Positions 47,911-59,588 of a DNA stretch of 64,000 bases are shown here, piece by piece. The stretch's first letter is position 1, and every line of letters starts with the position of its first letter. This stretch comes from Chiloscyllium plagiosum (lineage: Eukaryota): assembly GCF_004010195.1 (NCBI RefSeq), contig NC_057737.1, positions 19,876,327 through 19,940,326 of the forward strand, in the 5' to 3' direction. The notes below the pieces were generated by a model. It ran no database searches and was not told where the DNA came from. It was given only the letters and a program-made list of their open reading frames with translations. A program made the position numbers and the translations under genes.

Positions 47911-49948
47911 AGTGGCTGTTCCTTCTTTTGTAACTTCGGGCAACAGAAAATCCCAGAGACAGGTCTGAATAGATGAGAAGGACAAGTCCCAGATTGACAG
48001 CAGCCCACAGTCATTTTGTAGAGCTTGTCTGGCATAAGCAGAAGATTTTCTTTTTCTCCTTAGGACCAATATTTGAGTGGACAGCTTCTGTTCCTTTAAA
48101 GACAACTGGTTAAGCAAATCAAAGGCCAGAATTGAATATTGCCAGCTTTGCCTGGTTTAAACTTGGCCAAGTGGAAAATGGACATTGGAGCTCATTTTAG
48201 GTTTGCCTTAAGGGAAAAACAATGTATTTTAGGAGTGTGATTCTCACACAGACCAGGCAAAGGGCAATGCATTGTGAACTGGTTATCACTGTTTCTCATC
48301 CATATCAATAAAACACTGCAGTAATGTTAAAACTAGGCAATTGTTCCTCTGCACCTCCCCCATCCACCCAACCCCTGCATTAGAATTGACATCTTAATTC
48401 TGAGAAGACAGTTCAATATTGCTTCTACCCTGACCTGGACTCAAGGATAAATGAAGATGTCTGCATTTTGCTGCATTCAATAATGGAATGGTCATCCACT
48501 TTTGCAATTGGTTTGTTTCTCACCAGCCTCATGCACCTCTCCTTACCGTGTTTCAACCCACAGATTAACACATTCCACAACAGTGAGAGTCTTTCCATTT
48601 GGCTACCATACCAGCCGTCCTTGAGTTGTGGAGATTTACATACTATGCACGCATGCACACCCACTGGCAGCTGAGCTGAAATTTATTCTGGGCAAGTTTC
48701 TGTCAACTGACAGATGTGAGGTGGCTTTGATTTGCAGAATACAAACTAAAGTCAAGATTTTGTCTCAGGAGCTGAAGAGGCCATTCAAATTCCGCAATTC
48801 TCTTTCGCTGTGGTTCCCAATTCTCCAAAAATAACCTCTTCTCCAGATTTACTGCAAAACATAAGCCTTTAAACTTTGAAGTTCATTGGTAGGGCATCTA
48901 TGCACTTAAGCAGCCCAGCAGCATGCACATACTAACGCAGATCCAGAAACTTTGGAAAGCTGAAAGAAAATAGAACAAGGACAAAGAAGCTTTTCCTTCA
49001 AGGTGAAGATTTGGAAAGTCAGGCTTTATGTGATTGCTACACAAATCACATTTAGTAAATAATATCAAGCCAACCAGTTACATATCAAACAACTCTTTCT
49101 TGTTAAACAAACATATAATCATCAATTTAAGTCCTCTTTTTAATAAAAAAACAAATTATTGAACAGTTTAAAGGTGATAATTAAAGCAGAAGGAGAGGTT
49201 TGGGGTGGTTAAACCAAATGCAAGTTCACAGTGAAGTATTTTCTCATTTCCCTATTTATAACAACACTGAAGTTTCCAACTTGTAGAAACTAATCCTATC
49301 TTCATTTCTAGTGATTTACGTAAGTCTGAGACATCAATCAAGTTTGATGAAGGGAAAAAGGGTTTGACAGATCTTTGAGTTATTTGGGACATCTTACTCC
49401 ATGGGGGAGCATGAGAGGCAGCTTTGTAATAAATCAATTATTTTTGTGTTATCACATCCAAATGTCTGTTTCCCTGTTGTCTCTGTGGATAGCGGGTGCA
49501 TATACTGTGGAGTCATGTTTATATTAGGCTTTATAGCAATCGCAGGAAGGAGCTGAAATGGACTGCCTCATGTTGTGCCCAAGCAAAGTGCCAAGTGACT
49601 TGCTCATATTTTGCAGCCGGTGACAAGTGTATGTGATGTCAAAGTGAGTTGGAAAGATCCAGAATGAAGTTAGTGTCATCAGAATTAAAGCTGTTACCTA
49701 TTTAGTCAACCTTGAAGCTCTATGATATTTCCTGAAACATTATTTTTGATACAGCATCCTCCTTCTTACCTTCTTCACCTTTTTTTTCCATTTCTAAGTT
49801 CAGGATTTATCCTCATTGGGCTTTTCCAGACTTGTGCTAACTGCTTTCACTGTCACCAGGGATCCTTGCCATGTGGTTTTGTATCAAGCACAGGAGAAAT
49901 TTAAAATACTTAGACTCTTATGGCACCTTGCTAATCTTGAAAGAATAT

Positions 49949-50058
49949 ACAAAGTTAAAAATCACACAACACCAGGTTATAGTCCAATCTGTTGGACTAT
50001 AACCTGGTGTTGTGTGATTTTTAACTTTGTACACCCCAGTCCAACACTGGCATCTCCA
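49949..50058 (+). mobile_element. Palindromic PLE terminal element lacking the hammerheads
   Basis: Perfect 40-bp arms (49948-49987, 49992-50031), 4-nt loop, 27-nt tail. TSD AATCTTGAAAGA(A/G)TAT (49933-49948, 50059-50074). Confidence 0.9.
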
Positions 50059-50139
50059 AATCTTGAAAGAGTATGACTGTGAAGCCTCCTTAGTCAAACT
50101 GTCTATTGACCAACTCGTTGATTTATAGTTAAGAATGCT

Positions 50140-50335
50140 GAAATATTTTTATTTCAAAAATATATTTTATTCATAAAATATGTCTAACACTGTTCAGTTC
50201 TGTACAGGAGCATATGACAAAACAAGCAAACATTGAAGTTTGACTGAATCCAAGAATCAAACCAATTGCATCTCTTACTTGTACAGGACCAGTAAAGAAT
50301 GATGCAAGTATTTGAGAGTTGGTCTACCGAAGCCT
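50140..50335 (-). mobile_element. Tx1/L1-type 3' UTR fragment
   Basis: rc ends TATTTTATGAATAAAATATATTTTTGAAATAAAAAA, like 59548-59588. Confidence 0.55.
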
Positions 50336-50509
50336 GCTAGCCCTAATCATAGCCATAATCATAGCCATAATCATTGTCTTCAATGGTGAAATTAGGAAGC
50401 CCTTCACACAAAGAGAGGTAGAAATTTAGAACTCTCTTTCACTAACAGCAGCTGATACAAGATCAATTATTAATTTCAAACATATTTTTTGACAATCGAG
50501 ACCTGTACT

Positions 50510-50835
50510 GGAAGTCCTGTCTTTGGCTTGGGACATTAAACTAAGGCCCATCTGCTCATTCAATGGGCTGAGAAAGATCTTATAACACAATATGGAAGAA
50601 GAGGCGGTGAGATATCACCAGCGTGCTGGTCAATATTTATTCCCCAATCAACATCACAAAAACATGTTTACTGGTCATTATCGTATACTTTTTGCAAGTT
50701 TTTTGTGCACAAGTTAGCTGCTGTGTTTTCTTCATTACAACAATGACTGCACTTGAAAAAAAGTACTTCATTGTCTGTGAAGCACTTTGAGATGTTCATC
50801 AGTTGTGAAAGGTGCTTTCTAAATGCAAATCTCTC
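50510..50835 (+). mobile_element. Deu-domain SINE (SacSINE1/AmnSINE1-related)
   Basis: GACATTAAACTAAGGCCC...GAAGAAGAG...TGGTCAATATTTATTCCCCAATCAACATCAC...AAGTACTTCATTGTCTGTGAAGCACTTTG...AAATGCAAAT. Confidence 0.75.
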
Positions 50836-51301
50836 TTTGTTCTATTTTAAATCTGAAATTAAAAGACTTTTGTTAGCCATAGGAATTAGGGATATAAGGC
50901 AAACATCCGTATGTGGAATTAGATTGCAGATTGGCCATGGTCTCACCAGGTGACAAAACAGACTCAGTGGGCAAAATGGCCACCTCCTATTCCTATGTAC
51001 CTCAATAGTTTCCTTCTTATGCTAGTGCAACATTTAATACATTCTCATAATGTTGCTTTCTGCATTATTAAAACATGGTCTTCCAACTGAAAATAAGCTG
51101 TAACCCTACAAAATATATTTGTTATAGCAATCTTGTTGAATTATGTCAGTATGTTAGACCATGAGCTACCACAACAAATTAAACCTACTGTGCATAGGGA
51201 ATCAAGTTTTCAGAAATCTATAGGAGATAAATGAGTAAATCTATTTAGCACTGTACAATGTTAAAAATGTTACTCGTTTTTGAGGGAGAAGAGATGGTTA
51301 C

Positions 51302-51652
51302 AGTGCAGCAAGGTGGCTCAGTGGTTAGCACTGCTGTCTCACAGCACCAAGGACGTAAGTTTAATCTCAGCCTTGGGTCACTGTCTTTGAGGAGTTTGCA
51401 TGTTCTCCCCATGTCTGCGTGGGTTCCCGTTGAGTGTTTCGGTTTCCTCGCACAATCCAAAGACGTGCAGGTTAGGTGGATTGGCCATGCTAAAGTGCCT
51501 CATAGCATCCAGGGATGTGACAAGCTAGGTGGACTAACCAAGCTAAATGTGGGGCTTTGGAGTTAATGTAGGGGCTAGGTCTGGGTTGGTTGTTCTTTGG
51601 AGGGTCACTGCAAATTCAATGGGGCCAAATGCACTGTAGGGTTTCTATGATT
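51302..51652 (+). mobile_element. HE1-type V-SINE
   Basis: GGTGGCTCAGTGGTTAGCACTGCTG head and V-domain. Confidence 0.82.
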
Positions 51653-54600
51653 TAACAGTGAAATAAAGAACTGAACTTCATTGTATCATTCTCAATAGCC
51701 TGTTATGTAAACTTCCAGCATCATTTTGGTGATGATATAATTGTCAGGATACCACGTCATTTATAATTGGTTATCTCAGAACTGCACAAGCTCCTTGTAA
51801 CATGATCCCATGGTCCAGCCATTCAAAGGAAAATGCTAACTATTAATGCAGGATTTTGCCAAGAGAATGGGGAAACATTAAATTGCTGCCTTCCTTATGT
51901 ATTGTGGTATGTGACTGAGTGGGCAAAGTTCCCAGTGAAACCGTCAAACTGTTCCATGTTTTTGTGATGTTTTTAAGATGATGAATCACTGCATTAAAAA
52001 GAAGTTTCTCTACTTACAGTTTAGCATCTAATAGTGACATTTGAAGATGTCAATACGTTTCATAATTACCTATCAGAATGTATCTGACACTTCAGCAGGT
52101 TTTTCTGGTGGTGAGGAAATCTCCAAGAAGATGTGAATTCTATCTTGGAGGTGGGTGGGTTCCTAAATCTTCACCAGCACACAAAAATTGTGGAAATACT
52201 GAACCTCTGTGATCCTCAGGAAGAGGTAATGTGAGGTTTGCACTGAAGGCCTTCCCAACCCAGTGAAGGTCTCGAGAGAGAGAGAGAGGCCAGGAAGGCA
52301 CAGGAAAATTTATTATTGCTGCAAAATAGAAATTCTGTGTTTTATGAGCCAATGCCTGTCTCTGTGAGAAGATGAAAATCTGGTCCTTTATGTTGACTTG
52401 AGAGGGAGGTCAACACCTTGGTTTAAAGTTTCATCTTAGTTATGGCCTGGGTCTAAAATCTGTTATCTTTCCAGATGAGATGCCTAAATTGTTAACCTCC
52501 AGAACCAGGAGAGATGAGCTGGCTCCCCTTCTTTATTCATTGTCCTCTTCTGTGCAGATGTACGAAATGCAATTGTGTTCCTGCTCACAAAGTGACCTGG
52601 CAGAAGCACACAAGTTATGACTGGGCTCCAAACTAAAGCTTTGAAGAGCTGAAGTGGTGCGAATGTTGGTCCAGGAGCAGACATGAGCATGTGCTAAGGA
52701 TGCCAATGCCAATTTATGTGGCTGAAGAGGCAAGGAAGATGGTGATCCTGGGGTGGGCAGTGATGCTGTTGTCATGACGCAGTTGAGTGACAGTCAACTT
52801 AAGCATCGAACAAGCTTCAGCTGCCAGGCACCTGCTTTGATCTGCATGTTGGGAATTTGAGCTGTTTAGTTTCTCAGGGAAGGAGTTTTTTGGGACTGGC
52901 ACATAAATCGGATAAGTTAGAGCTTTAAAGAGATACAAATGCATGGATACAAAGGAGTTTGGCACTCAATGACAAGATTCTGAGTTCAGGTTGAAGGAAA
53001 AATCAGGAACGCTTTTCTCAAAAGTCGAAAATCTGATGTTGTTTTGCATTTTGACCCTTTTTTTCGCCAACTTGCTCACCATTACTCAAACCTCAAGGAG
53101 GGTAATAGTTCAATTGGAGTGTCAGTCTGATGATACACACAAGTACCTGGAATGGGACTCCAATTCACAATCATTAGTTTTGGGGACAAGAGCACTATCC
53201 ATCAAGGCCAGGGCCTCACATGCAATATATTCTTCTGCTGCTGCACAAGAATAACCCACAGGAAAACTCTAGTGATTATCTGAAATGGGGAGAGATCCCA
53301 TTTGAGAGTCTCAGTTGATCCATGTGGAACTTGGCAGTCACACAATGTCCTTGCAACTGTTAAGAAGTCCCTAATGAAGCAATAATAGTACAAGAAACTC
53401 TCTCTACGACAATGCCAGCCAAGAATTTGCTTTTCCAATGATTGTGGTTGGTCAAAACCCTGTTTGTTTTAAAAAACAAACTTACGGTCTGCACATCTTT
53501 CCTGGGAAGATAGCCAATGATTAAACTAATCAAAGGAGAATGTCTAAAATTAATGGGGTTTTTTGCTGCAGGCAGTTTGCTGCTTTCATAATGTATTCTG
53601 TAGTCAATGTCTAGTAAGTGGGCCTCCCACAAAAGCTGTCAAATTGTTTCCTGCTTTGGCAATATGTAAGTGAGACAGTGATGAAACTGTAATTGTATCA
53701 ATTGCTCCCTTGTAGCTTGAAGGAAAGCTGTGAACAAGCCTCCCTCCACAAGAATCAAGGAGCCATTTTACCAAAAGGCTGGGGAAAAAAGATGTTATAA
53801 GAGATGCAGTGATATTTGGTGGTGATGTTTTTTTTTCCATCAGTCCCCATTGAACATGCAGGTATAAGCTTTTATTGCCAGCATTAATTTATTGATTTTC
53901 ACCACCATTCGCAAATGCTGTTTGTTTTACAGCTTTTATCAGCTATTTATATGATTTGTAAAACTGGAAATATGTAAGACAACATTAAACGGGACTGTCA
54001 GGATTAATTTATCATTTAAAATAGCTTCTGCGACTAAACCACATAGAAGAAGCTATTATTTGAAAATCTGTTTATTATTTGATTTTGTTTTCAAATTTTC
54101 TCATTGTTCTGGTATCGAAAGTGTCATAGCACTTCCGAGGTTAAGGATTTGCATTTACCTCCACTTTTCTGTTCACTGTTCAGCTCTCAGTTACCTGATA
54201 GACTATGCAAGATGCTTAAAACTCATTCCTATGCTTTTCCATCTGCCGGTATTATAGGAAGACGAGGTAATTTCCTAAGAATAGTTTGATTACAATGACC
54301 TGTTGTTTGGTTACTGCATACACAGCTAACTATGAGGAGAACAAAAACAGCAAAAGTTTCAATTTGTCATGTCACTTTGGACTTTATTTGAGTGAAAGGA
54401 TAAGTTGTTTGAAGAAAGTGGAAATAACAATAGCACTGAGCAATTTCCAGTGCATGGATCAACAGGAGCACTAAAATTGCTGGCACAAAAGCCGCTTAAA
54501 GAGTCACGTCAAAAGCTGACCTTCTCTCTTTGTTCATCCCCAAAGTGGCTGCTTCCAAATGCACTCGAAAACTAACCAGTTTGACAAGAAATCGTTTGCA

Positions 54601-55744
54601 ACCAACCAATAGTAAGATGAATGAAATTCTCTCTGTCTGTGAAGAAAGAGACCTTTCCACAATCGAAGACAATCGAAACTACATTATTTAGCCTCTCCAG
54701 TGGACAAGAGGGAACAAAAATGGAGACAAAAGCTCAGTTGGGATTCCCACAGTCTCCAAGGGCAGTTTTTAAAACATACGCTCTGTTCTCCTGTAGTTAT
54801 TCACCCAGGATTCTGAATTTGGCCTGTCTCAAGGTGATGGGGTGCTTGGGGCAGGTTGGGTGAGTGGGTCACGTCTGGGGGACATGGGTCCGTTGAAGGA
54901 GGGTGGGCTCCTGCATGGGGATGTACAGCATCCAGAGGTGGGATGGTTGTTGGGACCAGGGGTTTCAGGCTGCGGATTTTCATCAGAAAATTCAGATTCT
55001 CACAGTGTGTGCTGCACAGGGATTCCAAATGGTCCCAACGCACATCTCTGGTTTACCCTGTTCCTACAACTCTGACAATCAGAATAACTTGGTGAAGAAC
55101 TTAATCGACACTGGGAAGGTAAAGTGTCTAAATGCTTTTCTGTTGAAGGTTGTCAAAGGCAAAGCAGTTGTCTGCTATCAGGAAGACTCAGATATAAATT
55201 AGCCTGTGCTTCCACGGGCTGTGAAGACCTATTTCTCCATGGAACTTGTGAAAGCCACTGGCTACCCTTTGGACACATTGAAAACTAGCCAGCTTTGTGG
55301 CCTTATTGGGACTTCACAGCAATAAAATCCCCTTAATTGGAATACTGAGATAGAAACTGAGATTGCATTGCATCCACCACACCTTCTGATATCCTCTGGA
55401 CTCACAGGAAGCAGCACCTGTTAAAATTAATTAGTGTAATGGGTGCAAGTTCACAGCTGATGTCCTGTAATCTGACTTTAATTTCTAGCAAGGTTTTTTT
55501 GATTTTTGATTTGAGGATAGGAACATCTTATGCTCTTTTAGGTATTAATTCTTCAGCTCAGCCCTATCCAATTTAGCCTTTGATCAATCCTTGGGTGATC
55601 TTCTATGACCTGGTTGCAGTCTATTTATGAAACTTGACAAGGTTCAAATGCCACCCGGATTGGGCATGATGTTGTGCACAGACTCACTGCTCACCAAAGC
55701 CAACATCAGGAGCACAGATTTATTTTCATATTCTGGCCCGACCA

Positions 55745-56070
55745 GCATAGCTTAGAATCCAAACAGTGTGGAAGCAGGCCATTCGGCCCATTGAGTCACA
55801 CTGACCCTCCAAAGAGCATACCCTATTCCTGTAACCCTACATTTCCCATGGCTAATCCATCTAGCCTGGACATCCCTCGACACTACGGGGCAATATAGCA
55901 TGGCCAATCTACTTAACCTGCACATCCTTGGACCGTGGGAGGAAAACAGAGCATCGGGAGGAAAGCCACGCAGACACTGGGAGAAGGTTCACACAGTCAT
56001 CAGATGTTGGAATCAAACCTGGGTCCCTGGCACTGTGAGGTAGCAGTGCTAACCAATGAGCCACTGTGCC
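55745..56070 (-). mobile_element. HE1-type V-SINE
   Basis: Head, V-domain and tail as in the other copies. Confidence 0.82.
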
Positions 56071-57789
56071 AGGGAACAGGTCTGCATGCTTTCTATCTAG
56101 TGAATCCAGCTTGAAAGGATCCATATGGGAATCAGATGAAAATGGATTAGATCAGCTCTAGTGAGCACTGTGGTTGGTCTGCTCTGTATCAACTCTCACA
56201 ACTGAGTGAGATACTAGAAATCACTGTTCTAACTGTGTCCCAGAGAAACAGTGGAATAGGAGAGTGCTTGCAATCTATTCTGTAGCAGAGAAAGAAAATG
56301 TGAATGCATTATATCAATGCACATTAGTTTGTAAAATAGGAGACCATTGGCTGAAGCCTGAGAGCAAGTTATAACAGGAGTTAAGAAGCAATTCCTGCGA
56401 TCAGAAGGGGAAGGATGAACCAAGGAGGACAAATGCAATAAGAAGACTGAAATTTGAAAATAATAGAAATGTTCATTCTGGAGCTGGAGGGAGGATGAAA
56501 AGCTAAAGTTCGTGCCCTCCAATAGGCAATAGCTCATTAAAGGAATTAATGAAATTTTGAAACTGGCTATGTGTGACTGATTTTTGAGTGTGAGCCCACA
56601 TCCTGTTTACTCGATGGTACACTGATAAAGGATTCCAGAGAGTGACTCAAACATAAAAGATGACCTGAGTTAGAGCTCTTGACAAAAATTAGTGACAATG
56701 CTGCTTTAGATCACGGCCATATTGATCTTGAAGTAACATTGATCCTGAGCTGCTACGACCTGTCTGCTAGTGGTACATGAAATACAGTTGCTTCAGCAAT
56801 GCTTTGGAATATATATTAACAGAACCTGTCTAATATTTTAGCTACAATAGCACAGAAGAATGCAAGCTTCTGAAACTCGCTTATGTGCCTCTGGCATCAA
56901 GCAGATATCTTTTCTTTGGTTGATAAGGTTTTATAGAAACGAAATGTCACCATTACAAAAACATGTACTTATTGCAGCCTACTGCCATACATTAGCCCCC
57001 TAATGAATTCTGTGAGACACATTTTCAATATCGAAGACATAAAGTGGCAGTGGTTTGTGATGCTGAATATCTCATTTGGTTTGTGGGCAGCCACAAGAAT
57101 CCGAAAAGTAGACAGTGGTGTTTATGGAGTGTGTGTTATGACATGCTGTCAGGGTAATTAATATCCTGGGGCTTTTTTATGATATAAGTGAAACAGTGGT
57201 AACAGGCCACAGAGTTGGCTGATATACGATGGTTTTTCATTAATTTTGAAGGGAGGGATTTTGACATTACATTCGGCATCTAATCAAAAGTATGCAGTGT
57301 TTCCTGACATCTTGTTCTTGGTAGGCATCAAGCCGAGGTAAATTATAGGAACAAAGCAGGCGTGCGTTGATAGCATAGGCAATTTTTCATCACAAAATGG
57401 AGCTGAAGATTACAGTATGAAAATTTATTTTTGTTCAAATTGGTGACACCCTCTGTTTTTGACAGGATTTGTTGCAGCTGATATTATAATGTTGTCAAGG
57501 TGACATTCAGTCGGTATGAGGCAGTTGTGCACAGAAGTGCCTTCCAGCGTCACTTTATATCAGAAATTTGTTCAACAAGGTCCAGGCTTAGCGGTCCCAG
57601 GATTGTGTCTATGCTGAGCAAACTGAAGATGCATTTTGCCTCTTGTGCGGCTGCCTCTATTGCACTAGGTGCTGATGCAAAATGCCATCTGCACGATGCA
57701 GTTACAGTTAGATACCTTGTACCAGCTTGCCATGCAGGAACCTGCTTAAGGTTAACTGTTCTGTAATAGCTAGCCGTGAGCATGTTCCA

Positions 57790-58085
57790 AAGTAGATGGA
57801 CAGAGTAGATGATGAGAAACTTGTAACAGGATTGATTATCAAAACACACAGATTCAAAGGAAGCATGTGCAAGATAAGAAAGACAGCATTTTCATACAGT
57901 GAGCAGTTAGGGTCTGCAATGTACTGCCTAGAAGTGTGGGGGAGACAGTTTCATCGTGCAAGAGAGCATTGGATGATTATTTAACTAGAAATAATGTTAC
58001 AGGAAAGAAAATGGGATTGGGACCTGGGTCAGACACAATGGGCTAAATGGCCTCCTTCTACACCATAACAACGGTGTGATTCTGG
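57790..58085 (+). mobile_element. CR1 3' fragment
   Basis: MDRVDDEKL...KTHRFK... plus 3' UTR. Confidence 0.55.
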
Positions 58086-58624
58086 AATGATGTGGAGGTG
58101 CTGGTGTTGGACTGGGGGTGGACTATGTTAAAAATCACACAACACCAGGTTATAGTCCAACAGGTTTATTTGGAAGCACTAGCTTTCAGAGTGCTGCTCC
58201 TTGGTCAGGTAGCTGGTGGGGCAGGATAATCTGACACAGAATTTATAGTAAAAGGTCAAAGTGTCAAACAACTGATGCAATGTACTGAACAAACCTAGAT
58301 TGCTGTTAAGTCTTTAATCACCTCGTATGGGGATGCAGGTTTCAATTGATTAATATGTAAATCCCAGAACTTCTTTAAAGTCACATTCCTGAGATAACTT
58401 AAGGTTTTATAAAAAGTGATATCTCAGCTGAGACAATGCATTAAAGGAGTGAGGTTAGAGTCTGTCTGTATCCCAATCTTGACTCAGACTGGTTCGATTT
58501 CCAAAGTAGGAATTCATAAAATGTTATATGGATCGACTGCCTGCAGATTGTGTGCTTTTTGAACAAAATAGAATGTACCTGCAAATACAAATCAGCAAAT
58601 GCAAGTTCACCTCATAGACTTATA

Positions 58625-58815
58625 TGTGTGTGTGTGTGTGTGTGTGTGGGAGAGAGAGAGGGTGTGTCTGTGTGTGTGCACGAGCTTGAGTGCTTGATAG
58701 AGTGTATGCGCAAATACAATGGAGTATAAGTCTGTGTGAGAGAGAGAGAGAAAGTGTGTGTGTGAGAGAAGGAGCATTTGTATGAGAGAGGGTCTGTGTG
58801 TGTGAGAGTGTAGAG
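58625..58815. repeat. Compound (GT)n/(GA)n microsatellite inside the PLE 3' UTR
   Basis: Direct reading. Confidence 0.9.
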
Positions 58816-58937
58816 TGTAGTGGAGTCACCTGTAGTCTGACATGAACTCAAGATCCTGATTAAGACCATCCTCATGTGTACTGAACTTGGCAATTCGCCT
58901 CTGCTCGGTGACTCTGCACTGTTGCATATCCCGAAGT

Positions 58938-59588
58938 TGGACCGTTCCGTATCACCTGTCCTTCGTGGAGAAGTTTATGAAGAAAAACACCTTTGACCAC
59001 AAGTCCATCAGGAAGTAGTCAGCACGTAGTGTCCTTGAGACCCTTCGGGAAAAGGAGAGGGCGGATCCTATCGAGCGGTTCCCTGAGCAGACTGTCAAAG
59101 CCATTTGGCAGAATGCCTCATCGCCAGAACTTTCCAACAAGCACCAAGACATGGCTTGGCTAGTGGTGAGAAGGGCTCTGCCTGTGAGATCATTTATGCA
59201 CGCCCGGACTCTCNNNNNNNNNNNNNNNNNNNNNNNNNNNNNNNNNNNNNNNNNNNNNNNNNNNNNNNNNNNNNNNNNNNNNNNNNNNNNNNNNNNNNNN
59301 NNNNNNNNNNNNNNNNNNNNNNNNNNNNNNNNNNNNNNNNNNNNNNNNNNNNNNNNNNNNNNNNNNNNNNNNNNNNNNNNNNNNNNNNNNNNNNNNNNNN
59401 NNNNGCAGTCATTTGGGCTCTGCTGACGCCTCAGCTAAAAATGTAATCGTACAGACCTGTAAATAGGAATGATTACTCTGTTTCGGTATGCAAACAAATG
59501 GAATGTTTACATATGTATGGCATGTCCAGTTGTACAGATCATCAAAGTATTTTATGAATAAAGTATATTTTTGAAATATAAAAAAAAA
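58938..59588 (+). mobile_element. 5'-truncated Tx1/L1-clade LINE 3' end
   Basis: WTVPYHLSFVEKF...IWQNASSPELSNKHQDMAWLVVRRALPVRSFMHARTL (zf-RVT-like region), AATAAA and poly(A); 10-bp TSD ATCCCGAAGT (58928-58937, 59589-59598). Confidence 0.8.
59214..59404. other. Assembly gap (191 N)
   Basis: Run of N. Confidence 0.99.

Noticed and set aside
54780-55100. Cluster of overlapping short ORFs in a GC-richer patch
   Set aside because: No domain similarity or matching splice structure; probably an unclassified repeat.
641-56070. tRNA genes at SINE heads
   Set aside because: tRNA-derived SINE promoter regions that continue into V-domain bodies; no complete cloverleaf.
59105-59446. ORFs spanning the N run
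   Set aside because: Length inflated by the assembly gap; the real part is the Tx1/L1 remnant.
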